Below are positions 47,073 to 56,516 of a DNA stretch of 64,000 nt, piece after piece. The DNA lies in assembly GCA_044224715.1 (NCBI GenBank), contig JBGAJV010000001.1, positions 38,186-102,185 on the forward strand, written 5' to 3'. The stretch's first letter is position 1. Each line of letters opens with the position of its first letter. The notes beneath the pieces are model-generated. The model made no database searches. It was not told the DNA's origin and saw only the letters and a program-made list of their open reading frames with translations. Position numbers and translations under genes: made by a program. This stretch comes from Anaerolineales bacterium. Its GTDB lineage: Bacteria; Chloroflexota; Anaerolineae; Anaerolineales; UBA6663.

Positions 47073-48674
47073 ATGACGTTCCGCTGGCCTCTGCATGTCG
47101 TCCTGACTTTGGCCCTGGCCCTGGCCGCCTGCGTGCCCGTCGCGGCGGCGCCGACCGATGCGCCCGTGGCCATCGTCGTCAGCATCACGGCCGACGGTCA
47201 GACCCAGCGCTTCCAGCTCGAACAAGCGGTGACGGCCCGCGAAGCGCTGGCGCTGGCCGGGATCGCGGTCGGCGAGACCGACCGCCTGTCGATCCCACCG
47301 TTCGCGCGGCTCGCGGATGGCGATCATCTGATCGTCACGCGCATTCGTGAGACCACGTCGGTCGAACAGGTCGTCATCCCCTTTAGCTCGCGCACGGTGC
47401 GGAACGAATCGCTTCCGGCCGGCGAGCGGCGTCTGGTGCAGGCCGGCGCCAATGGTCTCGAAGAATTGACCTACCGCACGGTCTTCGAGGACGGGCTGCA
47501 GACCAGTCGCAGCGTCATCCGCCGCGTCGTGCTCACTCCGGCCGTGGACGAGCTGGTCATGGTCGGCGCGCAAAGCGCCTTCACCGCCGTGCCGATCACG
47601 GGCACGCTGGCCTATCTCAGCGCTGGCAGCGCCTGGGCGACCCGCGGTCTGACCAGTCAGCGGCTGCTCGTCGCCGCAGACGGTGACCTCGATGGCCGGG
47701 TCTTCAGCCTCTCGCCCGACGGCCAGTTCCTGCTCTACACCCGGTCCATCTCCGACACCACGTCCGATCTGTTCAACCAGCTCTACGTCGTCGATATCGC
47801 CGCGGGCGGCCCGCGCCCGCCGATCCAGCTCCCGGCCGGCAACGTGCTGTGGGCCGACTGGGTCGTGCTCCCCGACTCGCCGCCAACGATCGCGTACACC
47901 TCGGCGCTCAAGACCGATCGCGCGCCGGGCTGGCAGGCCAACAACGATCTGTGGCTGCTCAGCTGGGCGGCCGATACGAAAACCGGCGAGATGGAATTCA
48001 ATCCGCTCCTGGTGCTCGACACGTCGTCTGGCGGCTTGTACGGCTGGTGGGGAACGGGCTTCGCCGTGTCGCCGGACTATACGCAGATCGCGTATGCGCG
48101 CACCGATGGCATCGGCGTGGTCGATCTGGCCACGTATGAGACGCGTGGTTTGATCTCGTTCACGGCCTACAACGCGCGCAGCGACTGGGCCTGGTACCCC
48201 GCGCTGCATTGGGCGTCGGGCGGCTGGCTGTACACCGTCACCCACGGCGCCCCGATCGGGCTCGAACTCCCCGAAGACTCGCCCGCCTTCGACGTGACGG
48301 CGCTCAACATCGGCACCTCGGCGCGGCTCGAACTGATCGCGCGCGCGGGCATGTTCGCGAACCCGACGCCGTCGCCGGTCGTCGCGTTCGGCGCGCCGCA
48401 GCAGATCGCTTACTTGCAGGCGATCGAACCCGAGAACTCGCCCTTCAGCAACTACCGCCTCTACCTGATGGACGCCGACGGCAGCAATGCCCGGGCGCTC
48501 TTTCCGGCCGACGATCAACCGGGGTTGGCCCCCGGCGCGGCCCCGGCCTGGTCGCCCGACGGCCGCCTGATCGCCATCGTCTCCGCCGGAGACCTGTGGC
48601 TGATCGACCCCAAAACCGGGATCGCCCAGCAGGTCACCGGCGACGGCCTGACCAGCCGGATCGATTGGCGCTGA
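47073..48674 (+). CDS. Secreted/lipo-protein with DUF348-like + G5 domains followed by a TolB-like (PD40/WD40-like) beta-propeller
   Basis: ATG 47073, signal LALALAAC. G5-like PFSSRTVRNESLPAGERRLVQAGANGLEELTYRTVFEDGLQTSRSVI. The C-terminus has AWSPDGRLIAIVSAGDLWLIDPKTG. Confidence 0.8.
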   Translation: MTFRWPLHVVLTLALALAACVPVAAAPTDAPVAIVVSITADGQTQRFQLEQAVTAREALALAGIAVGETDRLSIPPFARLADGDHLIVTRIRETTSVEQVVIPFSSRTVRNESLPAGERRLVQAGANGLEELTYRTVFEDGLQTSRSVIRRVVLTPAVDELVMVGAQSAFTAVPITGTLAYLSAGSAWATRGLTSQRLLVAADGDLDGRVFSLSPDGQFLLYTRSISDTTSDLFNQLYVVDIAAGGPRPPIQLPAGNVLWADWVVLPDSPPTIAYTSALKTDRAPGWQANNDLWLLSWAADTKTGEMEFNPLLVLDTSSGGLYGWWGTGFAVSPDYTQIAYARTDGIGVVDLATYETRGLISFTAYNARSDWAWYPALHWASGGWLYTVTHGAPIGLELPEDSPAFDVTALNIGTSARLELIARAGMFANPTPSPVVAFGAPQQIAYLQAIEPENSPFSNYRLYLMDADGSNARALFPADDQPGLAPGAAPAWSPDGRLIAIVSAGDLWLIDPKTGIAQQVTGDGLTSRIDWR

Positions 48675-48692
48675 CCCGACAAGGAGCTCATC

Positions 48693-49781
48693 ATTTCCGA
48701 CACCACGCCCCCCGCACCGGCCGCGCCGCGACCGGCGTTCGAGATCGGCCTGTATTCGTTCGTCGAGCGCACGCCCGACCCCGCGACAGGCGCGCTGGTC
48801 AACCCCGAGCAACGCCTGCGCGATCTGATCGAAACCATCGAACTCGCCGATCAGGTCGGTCTCGACGTGTTCGGCATCGGCGAACACCACCGGCCGGATT
48901 TCGTCGCCTCGGCGCCGAGCGTGATCCTGGCGATGGCCGCGGCCCGGACAAAGCGCATCCGTCTGACCAGCGCCGTCACCGTGCTCAGCTCAGACGACCC
49001 GGTGCGTGTGTTCCAGCAGTTCGCCACGCTCGATCTGCTTTCGGGTGGCCGCGCCGAGATCATGGCGGGCCGCGGCTCGTTCATCGAGTCGTTTCCGTTG
49101 TTCGGCTATGACCTGAACGCCTACGACAGCCTGTTCGAGGAGAAACTCAGGCTGCTCCTCGAACTCCGCGAACGCGAGCACATCACGTGGTCGGGCCGAC
49201 ATCGCCCGCCGCTCGACGGGCAGGGCATCTATCCGCGGCCGGTGCAAAGCCCGCTGCCGGTCTGGGTCGCTGTCGGCGGCACCCCCGAGTCGGTCGTGCG
49301 CGCGGCGACGCTCGGGCTGCCCATGGCGTTGGCCATCATCGGCGGGCTGCCCGAGCGTTTTGCGCCGCTCGTGCGGTTGTACCGCCAGGCCGCGCGCGAG
49401 GCCGGCCGCGACCCGGCCGACTTGCCGCTGAGCATCAACTCGCACGGCTTCATCGCCGACGATTCGCAGCAGGCCGCCGACGACTACTTCCCGACGTTCT
49501 CGCAGGTGATGAACAAGATCGGGCGCGAGCGCGGATGGCCGCCGATCACGCGGGCGCAGTTCGAAGGCGCGCGCGCGTTGCGCGGCTCGGATTACGTCGG
49601 CAGCCCCGATCAGATCATCGAGAAGATCCTGTTCCAGCACCGACTGTTCGGCCATCAACGGCTGATGTTGCAGCTCGGCGTCGGCACCATCGCACACGCC
49701 AAGATGATGCGGGCCGTCGAGCTGCTCGGCACCCGGGTGGCACCGGTCGTCCGCGCCGAGCTCGCCGGCGCCGGATCTTAA
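48693..49781 (+). CDS. Luciferase-like (LLM class) flavin-dependent oxidoreductase; start codon non-canonical or uncertain
   Basis: The track starts at GTG 48867 (MFGIGEHH...), but the frame is open from 48675 and encodes the conserved first strand ([19 protein letters not shown]...[22 protein letters not shown]). AAGGAG sits at 48681-48686. The only in-frame candidates before that strand are ATC 48690 and ATT 48693. Confidence 0.75.
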   Translation: MSDTTPPAPAAPRPAFEIGLYSFVERTPDPATGALVNPEQRLRDLIETIELADQVGLDVFGIGEHHRPDFVASAPSVILAMAAARTKRIRLTSAVTVLSSDDPVRVFQQFATLDLLSGGRAEIMAGRGSFIESFPLFGYDLNAYDSLFEEKLRLLLELREREHITWSGRHRPPLDGQGIYPRPVQSPLPVWVAVGGTPESVVRAATLGLPMALAIIGGLPERFAPLVRLYRQAAREAGRDPADLPLSINSHGFIADDSQQAADDYFPTFSQVMNKIGRERGWPPITRAQFEGARALRGSDYVGSPDQIIEKILFQHRLFGHQRLMLQLGVGTIAHAKMMRAVELLGTRVAPVVRAELAGAGS

Positions 49782-49933
49782 CCTTGGACCTGACAGGTCG
49801 ACTCGCGATTCGCGGAAATCCCAGCCTTTGATACATAGACGACCATCGATAGATCCCGGTTTTTCTAACCTACGGTCCGCAGCAACCGGGCCCGGGCCGG
49901 CGGCCCCGATCCCGTATACTGGCTCCGCGTCCC

Positions 49934-52900
49934 ATGAAACGTCTCTTCGGTTTGCTCTCGCTGATCGCGCTCCTCGCGTCCATCCTGGGCGCCGTCGCCA
50001 CAGGGCTGCAGCACCAGGCGCTCACGCGCGGTGTCATCGCCGGTCTCCCACCGTCTGACCTGGCGCCGCGCCCCGCCAACCTGCGCGCCGTCAACGTCGA
50101 TCTGACGAGTTACGCTCCGGCCGACTTGCCCAAAGTGCTCGACGACCTGTCCCCGTTCGGCTGGCTGCGCGTGCCCGTGTACTGGCGCCGCGTCGAACCG
50201 GAGCGCGGCGTCTTCGATTGGGCGGCGACCGATGCATCCCTGCCACTCGCCGCGAGCCGCGGCTATCGACTCCTCGTGGTGCTGATCGACGCGCCCGACT
50301 GGGCCGGGCCGACCGACCCCGACGTGCATTCGCCGGTCGGCGACATCGCCGCGTTTGCCGATTTCGCGACGGCGCTGGCCGGCCGTTACGGCGCCGTGAT
50401 CGACGCGTATCAGGTCTGGGACGAACCCAATATCCTGGTCGGCTGGACCTTCCCGGCATCGGCCGGCGAATACACCACGCTGCTCGCGGCTGCGTATCCG
50501 GCGCTCAAGGCCGCCGACCCCACGGCGACTGTGGTGGCCGCCGCCCTCGCGCCGACCCTCGAAACCGGTCCCGACAACGTCAGCGACCTTCTCTATCTTC
50601 AACAACTCTATGACCTCGACGCCGACGCCTACTTCGACGCCGCGGCGGGCAAGCCGTATGGCTTCGACAGCCCGGCCGACGACCGCGACGCCGACTCGGC
50701 CCGCCTCGGCCTGGCGCGCTTCGTCCTTCTGCGCGGCGTGATGGAGCACAACGGTGACGGCGCCAAACTGCTGTGGGGCGGGAACTTCGGCTGGAACGTG
50801 CTGACCGACTCGCCCTGGCGCACGGTGTCGCCCGGGACCCAGGCGGCGAACACGCTCGGTCTCTTTGACCGCGCCGCGAACGAATGGCTCTGGGCCGGAC
50901 CGTTGGCGCTCGAGGCGTATCAACCGCGGCTGATGGCGCCCGGTGTGGCCGCCGATGCAGCCGACCCGCATTGGGGTTTCGCGCTGGTCGGCCCGGACGG
51001 CAAACGCACGGCCCTCGGCGAGGCCATCGCTAAGGCGCCGCCGATCGATCTGAGCAGCGCAGGCCCGGGCAGCTATGACGCCCAACACCCGGCTGCAGCC
51101 TATACCGGTCCGTGGGAGTTCTCGGAACTGGGCGCCGATATCCCGGAAGACTACGCGGCATCGAGCCTGACGATCCGCTTCCGTGGCAGCGATCTCGCCC
51201 TGCGCGTGCGCCGCGGCGACTATCGCGCGTATCTCTACGTCGAGGTCGATGGTCAGCCCGCCAACGCCCTCCCACGCGACTCGCGCGGCGCGTATCTCGT
51301 GCTCACGGCCCCGACGACGGCCACGGAGACGTCGCTGATCGCCGTCGCGCGGAACCTCGAGCCATCGGCCGAGCACGTCGCCGTCATCCATCCCGAGCGC
51401 GGGTGGGATCAGTGGGCCATCGCCGGCTTCGCGGTCGGCCGGCCGGCCCGGGAAGACGGCTACGGCCTCGCCCTGATCGGGCTCGCGCTGCTTGGCGGGT
51501 TGGGTCTCGCCGGCGTGTGGTCTCTGCGCCGCGATCTGCTCGCGCTCGTGCCGCGCGGCCTCAGCGATCGCGCCGGCGTGCTGTTGACGGCCCTGGTCGG
51601 CGGACTGCTGTACGTCTCGAGCTGGCTGGCCTGGGACGCGCCGGCGGCGGCGCTGACCAGACGACTGGGAGATGCGTTGCCGATCGTGGTCACTGCCGCG
51701 ACGGCCGGCGTGTTCTACTTCGCGCCGTCGTTCACGCTGGCCGTCGCGGCGCTGCTCGTCCTGGCGATCCTCTTCTACTTGAGACCCGACATCGCGCTGG
51801 CGTTGCTCGCAGTGGCGCTGCCGTTCTTTCTGTTCCCGCGTATGTTGTGGAGCCGCGGGGCTTCGCTGTACGAGTTCGCGCTATGGGTGGCGACGGGAGC
51901 CGTGGCCTTGCGCTACGGCCCGACCTGGCTCCGCGAACGGCGCCGGCCGCGGCTCACGGGGCTGGACCTCGCCGTCGTGGCCCTGGTCATCGTCGGCGCA
52001 TTGAGCACGTGGGCCGCGACCCAGCGGGCTGTGGCGGTGTACGAATTCAGGACCGTGTTTCTGTCGAGCGCCCTGCTCTACGGTCTGGTCCGCGTCGTGC
52101 CGCTCGACCGCGCCGGCACGTTGCGCCTGATCGGCGGGTGGCTCCTGGGCGCCGCGCTCGTCGCCGGCTACGGCCTGATCCAGTACGTCACGGGCGAAGG
52201 CCTGATCATGACGGCAGAAGGCGTCGCGCGCATCCGCAGCGTATACGGCTCACCGAACAATCTGGGTCTGTACCTCGGTCGCGCGCTGCCGATGGGTTTG
52301 GCGCTGTTCGCCGCCGGAGGCGCCGACGTGTGGCGCCGTCGGCGTCTGAACGTCCGCTCGGCGCTGATCCTCGGCGCGCTGGCCGTGGCGCTCGCGCTCG
52401 TCGCCGCCGCGTTGTTGCTGAGTTTCTCGCGTGGCGCGCTGGTGCTGGGCGTGCCGGCCGCCCTGGCCGTACTGCTGATCGCGTGGCAGGGCCGGCGTGG
52501 GGCGCTCGTGGTCGGGGGCGTGGCGGTTCTGGCCGTCGTGGCGCTGCCCGTGCTAATGCAGATCCCGCGCTTCGCGGGCATGTTCGATCTCCAGAACGGC
52601 ACGGGTTTCTTCCGCATCAATCTCTGGATCTCGGCCTGGCGCATGTTCCTCGATCACCCGTGGCTGGGCGTCGGCCCCGACAACTTTCTCTACGCCTATC
52701 GCAGCTTCTACATCCTGCCTGAAGCGTGGAAGGAACCCAACCTGTCGCACCCGCACAACATCGTCATGGACTTCATGAGTCGCCTGGGTGCTCCAGGGCT
52801 GCTGCTCGGCTTCGCGCTCATCGGTGGGTTCTGGCGCGCCGCCTGGCGAAAGGCCGGCGCCCTACGATCGCATGGGGACGTGGTTGGCTTCGCGCTCACG

Positions 52901-53035
52901 GTCGGGCTGATGGCCGCCGTCGCCGACATGCTCGCCCATGGCCTCGTCGACCACTCGTTCTTCCTGGTCGATCTGGCCGGTGTGTTCATGCTGTGTGCCG
53001 CGGTGGCGCAGACTGACGACTTGGGCGCGCGATAG
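49934..53035 (+). CDS. Fusion protein: N-terminal extracytoplasmic clan GH-A-like glycosidase domain + C-terminal O-antigen ligase/polymerase-like (Wzy_C) polytopic domain
   Basis: N-terminal anchor, then WRRVEPERGVFDW...YRLLVVLIDAPDWA...YQVWDEPN (NEP-like acid/base). The C-terminal half has more than 10 TM segments, with LLLSFSRGALVLG and RINLWISAWRMFLDHPWLGVGPDNF...SHPHNIVMDFMSRLGAPG. Confidence 0.8.
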   Translation: MKRLFGLLSLIALLASILGAVATGLQHQALTRGVIAGLPPSDLAPRPANLRAVNVDLTSYAPADLPKVLDDLSPFGWLRVPVYWRRVEPERGVFDWAATDASLPLAASRGYRLLVVLIDAPDWAGPTDPDVHSPVGDIAAFADFATALAGRYGAVIDAYQVWDEPNILVGWTFPASAGEYTTLLAAAYPALKAADPTATVVAAALAPTLETGPDNVSDLLYLQQLYDLDADAYFDAAAGKPYGFDSPADDRDADSARLGLARFVLLRGVMEHNGDGAKLLWGGNFGWNVLTDSPWRTVSPGTQAANTLGLFDRAANEWLWAGPLALEAYQPRLMAPGVAADAADPHWGFALVGPDGKRTALGEAIAKAPPIDLSSAGPGSYDAQHPAAAYTGPWEFSELGADIPEDYAASSLTIRFRGSDLALRVRRGDYRAYLYVEVDGQPANALPRDSRGAYLVLTAPTTATETSLIAVARNLEPSAEHVAVIHPERGWDQWAIAGFAVGRPAREDGYGLALIGLALLGGLGLAGVWSLRRDLLALVPRGLSDRAGVLLTALVGGLLYVSSWLAWDAPAAALTRRLGDALPIVVTAATAGVFYFAPSFTLAVAALLVLAILFYLRPDIALALLAVALPFFLFPRMLWSRGASLYEFALWVATGAVALRYGPTWLRERRRPRLTGLDLAVVALVIVGALSTWAATQRAVAVYEFRTVFLSSALLYGLVRVVPLDRAGTLRLIGGWLLGAALVAGYGLIQYVTGEGLIMTAEGVARIRSVYGSPNNLGLYLGRALPMGLALFAAGGADVWRRRRLNVRSALILGALAVALALVAAALLLSFSRGALVLGVPAALAVLLIAWQGRRGALVVGGVAVLAVVALPVLMQIPRFAGMFDLQNGTGFFRINLWISAWRMFLDHPWLGVGPDNFLYAYRSFYILPEAWKEPNLSHPHNIVMDFMSRLGAPGLLLGFALIGGFWRAAWRKAGALRSHGDVVGFALTVGLMAAVADMLAHGLVDHSFFLVDLAGVFMLCAAVAQTDDLGAR

Positions 53036-53113
53036 GCACGTGGGCCCATCGCCCCGCACGCTGGATGCCGGTGTGCCCACGGGCCTTGCCAAGCGACGTC
53101 AACCGTCGCCTCA

Positions 53114-54757
53114 TCAGCAAAATCGCCTCATGATCGGGAAGAACAGCCGATAGGCCCCCGCCGGAAACGGCGCGGTGGCGCCCCCGGTGGGATCAGTGCA
53201 CTTGACCACGATCGGGGCCTCGGCCGTCCGGCCGAAGTTCGCGCGCCCCGTGCCCCACAACACACGCGCGTTGGCGGTGTTGGGCAGGTCATAGGCGACC
53301 AGGCCCATGTTGATCGTGCCGACCACGACCTCGAGATCCGGATCGGCGTCGATGTTCGCCAACGTCGGCGCGCCGAGGGCACCGTCGCTGGATTGGTTGC
53401 TGCGCGGTAGATCGACGGCGGAGAGCAGCGTGCCCTGTGCCGACACGATCAAGAGCTGGCCGCCGGTGTTGCTGCCCTTGAGCGTCCAGGTCGTAAAGAT
53501 CACCTCGGCCTGACCGTCGTTGTCGAGGTCCGCCACCGCCGGCTCCGATGCAAAGCGAAGCTGGCCGGCGACGTCGAGCTCGTAGGGCCAGCTACCGTGT
53601 TCGGTTTTGTCGAGCCAGAACGCATGCAGGCGACCGTCGTACGAGGAGTAGAGGATCTCGAGCTTCTTGTCGCCGTCGAGGTCCGCCAACACGACGTTGG
53701 GCTCGGCAGACTCGATGACGTTGTAGTCCTCGGAACGCGGCGCGGCGGCGCCGTCGGGCGGCGGGACGTCGACCCAGTTGTAGCTGCCGGCGACCCAGCG
53801 CGATCGATCCAGATTGAAGACAAACGGCGTGTAGTAGAGGTCCGTATACGGATCGGTGTCGCAGTTGTAGACGTTGCCGGCCACCACGATCTCGGGCACG
53901 CCGTTGCCGTCGAGGTCGCCGATCGCGGGCGAGCTGTTGGCGAAGTTCGGGCGGTGCTCGGCGCCGCAGATGGCGTAGCCGCGCAGATCAACCGCGTCCG
54001 ACACGTGCACGCCCACCTGACGCCAGATCTTGCCTGCGCCGTAGCGCGTGTTGACGGGCAGTTGACCGCCGTTGCGATCGAGCCCTGTGATGTAGTGCGT
54101 GTCGGTCGGCACGATCATCTCTTTGTTGCCGTCGTTGTTCAGATCGGCGACCGCCACGTTCTGGTTGTACAGGCCCCAGCCATAGCCGGGCGAGCCGGCG
54201 GCCGGCGCGCGGAACCCGGTGCGGACGTTGCCGGCCGCGTCGTAGACGCTGATCTGTTCGTCTCCGCCGCTGCCGGCGCGGCCGACGATGATTTCGAGTT
54301 GACCGTCGTGTTCGAGATCGGTCACCGCCTGCGTGCGCAGCTCGCCGGCGCCGAAGGGGTTGCGGATCCACAACGTGCCGCCATTGGCCGCGTACACCGT
54401 CAGGCTGTCGCCGCTGCGACCGGCGATCACCTCGAGCGACCCGTCGCCCGTCAGATCCGCCACCGACACGCCGCCCCACACGCGATTGCCGGAGGTCGCG
54501 CGCCACTGCAGTGCCCCGTCCTCGCCGTTGACGGCGACGACGTCATACGAGCCCCAGATCACTTCGGGCTTGTTATCCTTGTCGAGGTCGGCGACGGCCG
54601 GCGAACCGTACCAGCCCGTCTGGCACCAGCTGGTGAAGCAACCGCCGCGTTGCCATTTCAAGACGGGGGTGCTCACGGCGGCGCGGGCGGGTTGCGGAGC
54701 ATTGAGCATCCAGGGGACGAGCAAAACAGCAACGAGGAGCCAGCGACGAATCATCAC
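53114..54757 (-). CDS. Secreted FG-GAP/VCBS-repeat beta-propeller protein
   Basis: Signal peptide MMIRRWLLVAVLLVPWMLNAPQPARA. About 8 repeats of the form SPAVADLDKDNKPEVI, VSVADLTGDGSLEVI, VAVADLNNDGNKEMI and so on. C-terminal tail is AGAYRLFFPIMRRFC. Confidence 0.85.
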   Translation of the reverse strand: MMIRRWLLVAVLLVPWMLNAPQPARAAVSTPVLKWQRGGCFTSWCQTGWYGSPAVADLDKDNKPEVIWGSYDVVAVNGEDGALQWRATSGNRVWGGVSVADLTGDGSLEVIAGRSGDSLTVYAANGGTLWIRNPFGAGELRTQAVTDLEHDGQLEIIVGRAGSGGDEQISVYDAAGNVRTGFRAPAAGSPGYGWGLYNQNVAVADLNNDGNKEMIVPTDTHYITGLDRNGGQLPVNTRYGAGKIWRQVGVHVSDAVDLRGYAICGAEHRPNFANSSPAIGDLDGNGVPEIVVAGNVYNCDTDPYTDLYYTPFVFNLDRSRWVAGSYNWVDVPPPDGAAAPRSEDYNVIESAEPNVVLADLDGDKKLEILYSSYDGRLHAFWLDKTEHGSWPYELDVAGQLRFASEPAVADLDNDGQAEVIFTTWTLKGSNTGGQLLIVSAQGTLLSAVDLPRSNQSSDGALGAPTLANIDADPDLEVVVGTINMGLVAYDLPNTANARVLWGTGRANFGRTAEAPIVVKCTDPTGGATAPFPAGAYRLFFPIMRRFC

Positions 54758-54794
54758 GCACCCCCTACCCCTGAAGGGGCCGGCGGATGCGGGC

Positions 54795-55154
54795 CTAGCT
54801 CAGGGACAACAACAGAAAGAAGACAGCCACGGCGCCCAGCAAGGCAACCAGGATCACGATCGTCAGCGGCGAGATGTTCGGTCGGTGGGGGGTGGACGGC
54901 GCGGCGAAGGCCAATCGCTCGAGCGGCTCGGTGTCGCCGTGGGCGGCGCCGGCGCTCGCGATCCGCTCCATCACGGCCGGCTCCGGCGCGATGTCGAGCG
55001 AGCGCTCGAGTTCGCGCAGGTCCGGCGCCTCCGCCACGGCCTCGGCGCGCGCCGTCGACGCAAGGACGGTCGGCAGGCCGCAGGCACGGCAGAACATGTC
55101 GCCAGGGTCGAGGGCCTGGCCGCAGTTGGCGCACATGAGCTCGGCGTTGCTCAT
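54795..55154 (-). CDS. Zinc-ribbon protein with C-terminal TM anchor (119 aa)
   Basis: CANCGQALDPGDMFCRACG (CxxC-N10-CxxC) at the N-terminus. C-terminal hydrophobic segment LTIVILVALLGAVAVFFLLLSL. Confidence 0.6.
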   Translation of the reverse strand: MSNAELMCANCGQALDPGDMFCRACGLPTVLASTARAEAVAEAPDLRELERSLDIAPEPAVMERIASAGAAHGDTEPLERLAFAAPSTPHRPNISPLTIVILVALLGAVAVFFLLLSLS

Positions 55155-55234
55155 GCGTCAGGATTGTAGTTGGTCGGGGACAATGCGCAATCAGTATTTC
55201 AGTCGAAAATCGACATAACGAGGCGTGGAGATCG

Positions 55235-56431
55235 TTAGCTTTCGTCGGTCTCTTTGGCCGGAGGGACCCAGCGCCGGCGCCGCCCGGCCAGCGAGGCGCG
55301 CTGGATGGCGTCATCGCCAAACTTGTCGCGCAGCCGATCGATGACCGCCGCGGCCCTGCGCTTGCGCTCGAAACCGGCCTGCGGCGCTTCGAAGAGCGTG
55401 AGCTGACGCGCCGGGTCGGTCAGCCCGCTCACCCCGATCCCAATCAGACGCACGCGCTTTCCGGGCTTCCACACCTGTTCGAACAGCGCCCAACCGGCGG
55501 CGAAGATCTCGTTGTCGAGCTCGACAGTGCCGGGCACCGTCGTCTGACGCGTGATGGTTTCGAACGGCGGCCAGCGCACCTTGATCTTGACCGTGCGCGC
55601 CGCCAGCCCATCGCGGCGCAGGCTTTGCCCGACCTGCTCGGTCAGCTCGAGCAGGGTGCGATGCAGCGTGGCCTGGTCGGTGACGTCACGGGCAAAGGTG
55701 GTCTCGGCCGAGATCGACTTGGCCTCGTGCTCCGACACCACGGGTCGATCGTCGCTGCCCTGCGCGGCCGCGCTCATCTGCCGGCCATGCTCGCCGAAGC
55801 GGCGCGCCAGGTCGCCGGGCGGCCAGTCGGCCAGGTCGCCGATGGTCTTCATGCCGAGCGCGGTCAACTGCGCCCGTGTCTTCGGGCCGACGCCCCAGAG
55901 CATGTCGAGCGCCATCGGGCGCAGGAAGGCGGCCTCTTCGCCGGGCGGCACCACGACGAGCCCGTCGGGCTTGCCGGAGTTGGTCGCGATCTTGGCCACC
56001 AGCTTGTTGCTCGCCACACCCAGCGAGCACGGCAGCCCGACCTCGCCGCGGATCCGCGTCTTGATCGTCTCGGCGATCTGGCGCGCGGGACGCGGATCGC
56101 CGGTGAGGTCCAGGTACGCCTCATCGACCGACATCTGCTGCATCACGGGCGAATAGTCGGCCAGGATGGCCATCACCTTGCGCGAATAGTCGCCGTACAC
56201 CCCGTGGCGGCCCGGCAGGAGCTTGAGATGCGGGCACAACCGCAGCGCCTGCGCCGTGGGCAGCGCCGAACGGACGCCGTACTTGCGCGCTTCGTAAGAG
56301 CAGGTCGAGATCACGCCGCGCGAATCCGCCCGGCCGCCGACGGCAAAGGCCGTGCCCTTCAGACTCGGGTCAAGCAGTTCCTCGACCGAGCAGAAGAAGG
56401 CGTCAAGATCCAGGTGGAGAACGAGAGGCAT
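55235..56431 (-). CDS. dinB: DNA polymerase IV (Y-family)
   Basis: True start is ATG 56431 (MPLVLHLDLDAFFCSVEEL). SVDEAYLDLTG, and LWGVGPKTRAQLTALGMKTIGDLA. Confidence 0.9.
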   Translation of the reverse strand: MPLVLHLDLDAFFCSVEELLDPSLKGTAFAVGGRADSRGVISTCSYEARKYGVRSALPTAQALRLCPHLKLLPGRHGVYGDYSRKVMAILADYSPVMQQMSVDEAYLDLTGDPRPARQIAETIKTRIRGEVGLPCSLGVASNKLVAKIATNSGKPDGLVVVPPGEEAAFLRPMALDMLWGVGPKTRAQLTALGMKTIGDLADWPPGDLARRFGEHGRQMSAAAQGSDDRPVVSEHEAKSISAETTFARDVTDQATLHRTLLELTEQVGQSLRRDGLAARTVKIKVRWPPFETITRQTTVPGTVELDNEIFAAGWALFEQVWKPGKRVRLIGIGVSGLTDPARQLTLFEAPQAGFERKRRAAAVIDRLRDKFGDDAIQRASLAGRRRRWVPPAKETDES

Positions 56432-56436
56432 CGAAC

Positions 56437-56511
56437 GATTGGGTGATTGAGCGACTTGTAGATTGTAGACCCGAACACACAATCACCCAATCACTCATTC
56501 ACCCAATCACT
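56437..56511. promoter_or_regulatory. Three copies of a 13-nt motif (TCACCCAATCACT / inverted CAATCACCCAATC) in the dinB-adh divergent region; candidate operator set
   Basis: GATTGGGTGATTG at 56437-56449 is the inverted copy. TCACCCAATCACT sits at 56483-56495 and again at 56499-56511 as perfect direct repeats with a 16-bp period; the second abuts TATAAT. Confidence 0.5.
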
Positions 56512-56516
56512 ATAAT
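56511..56516 (+). promoter_or_regulatory. -10 hexamer TATAAT exactly 6 nt upstream of ATG 56523 (leaderless geometry)
   Basis: cacTATAATggcggcATG, with no SD. Confidence 0.45.

Noticed and set aside
48672-48695. Stop-codon read-through fusing the G5/propeller protein to the LLM oxidoreductase (same frame, TGA + 6 codons apart)
   Set aside because: A consensus AAGGAG sits between them. The two proteins belong to different compartments (secreted versus cytoplasmic flavoenzyme). The same-frame arrangement has a 1-in-3 chance of arising by accident.
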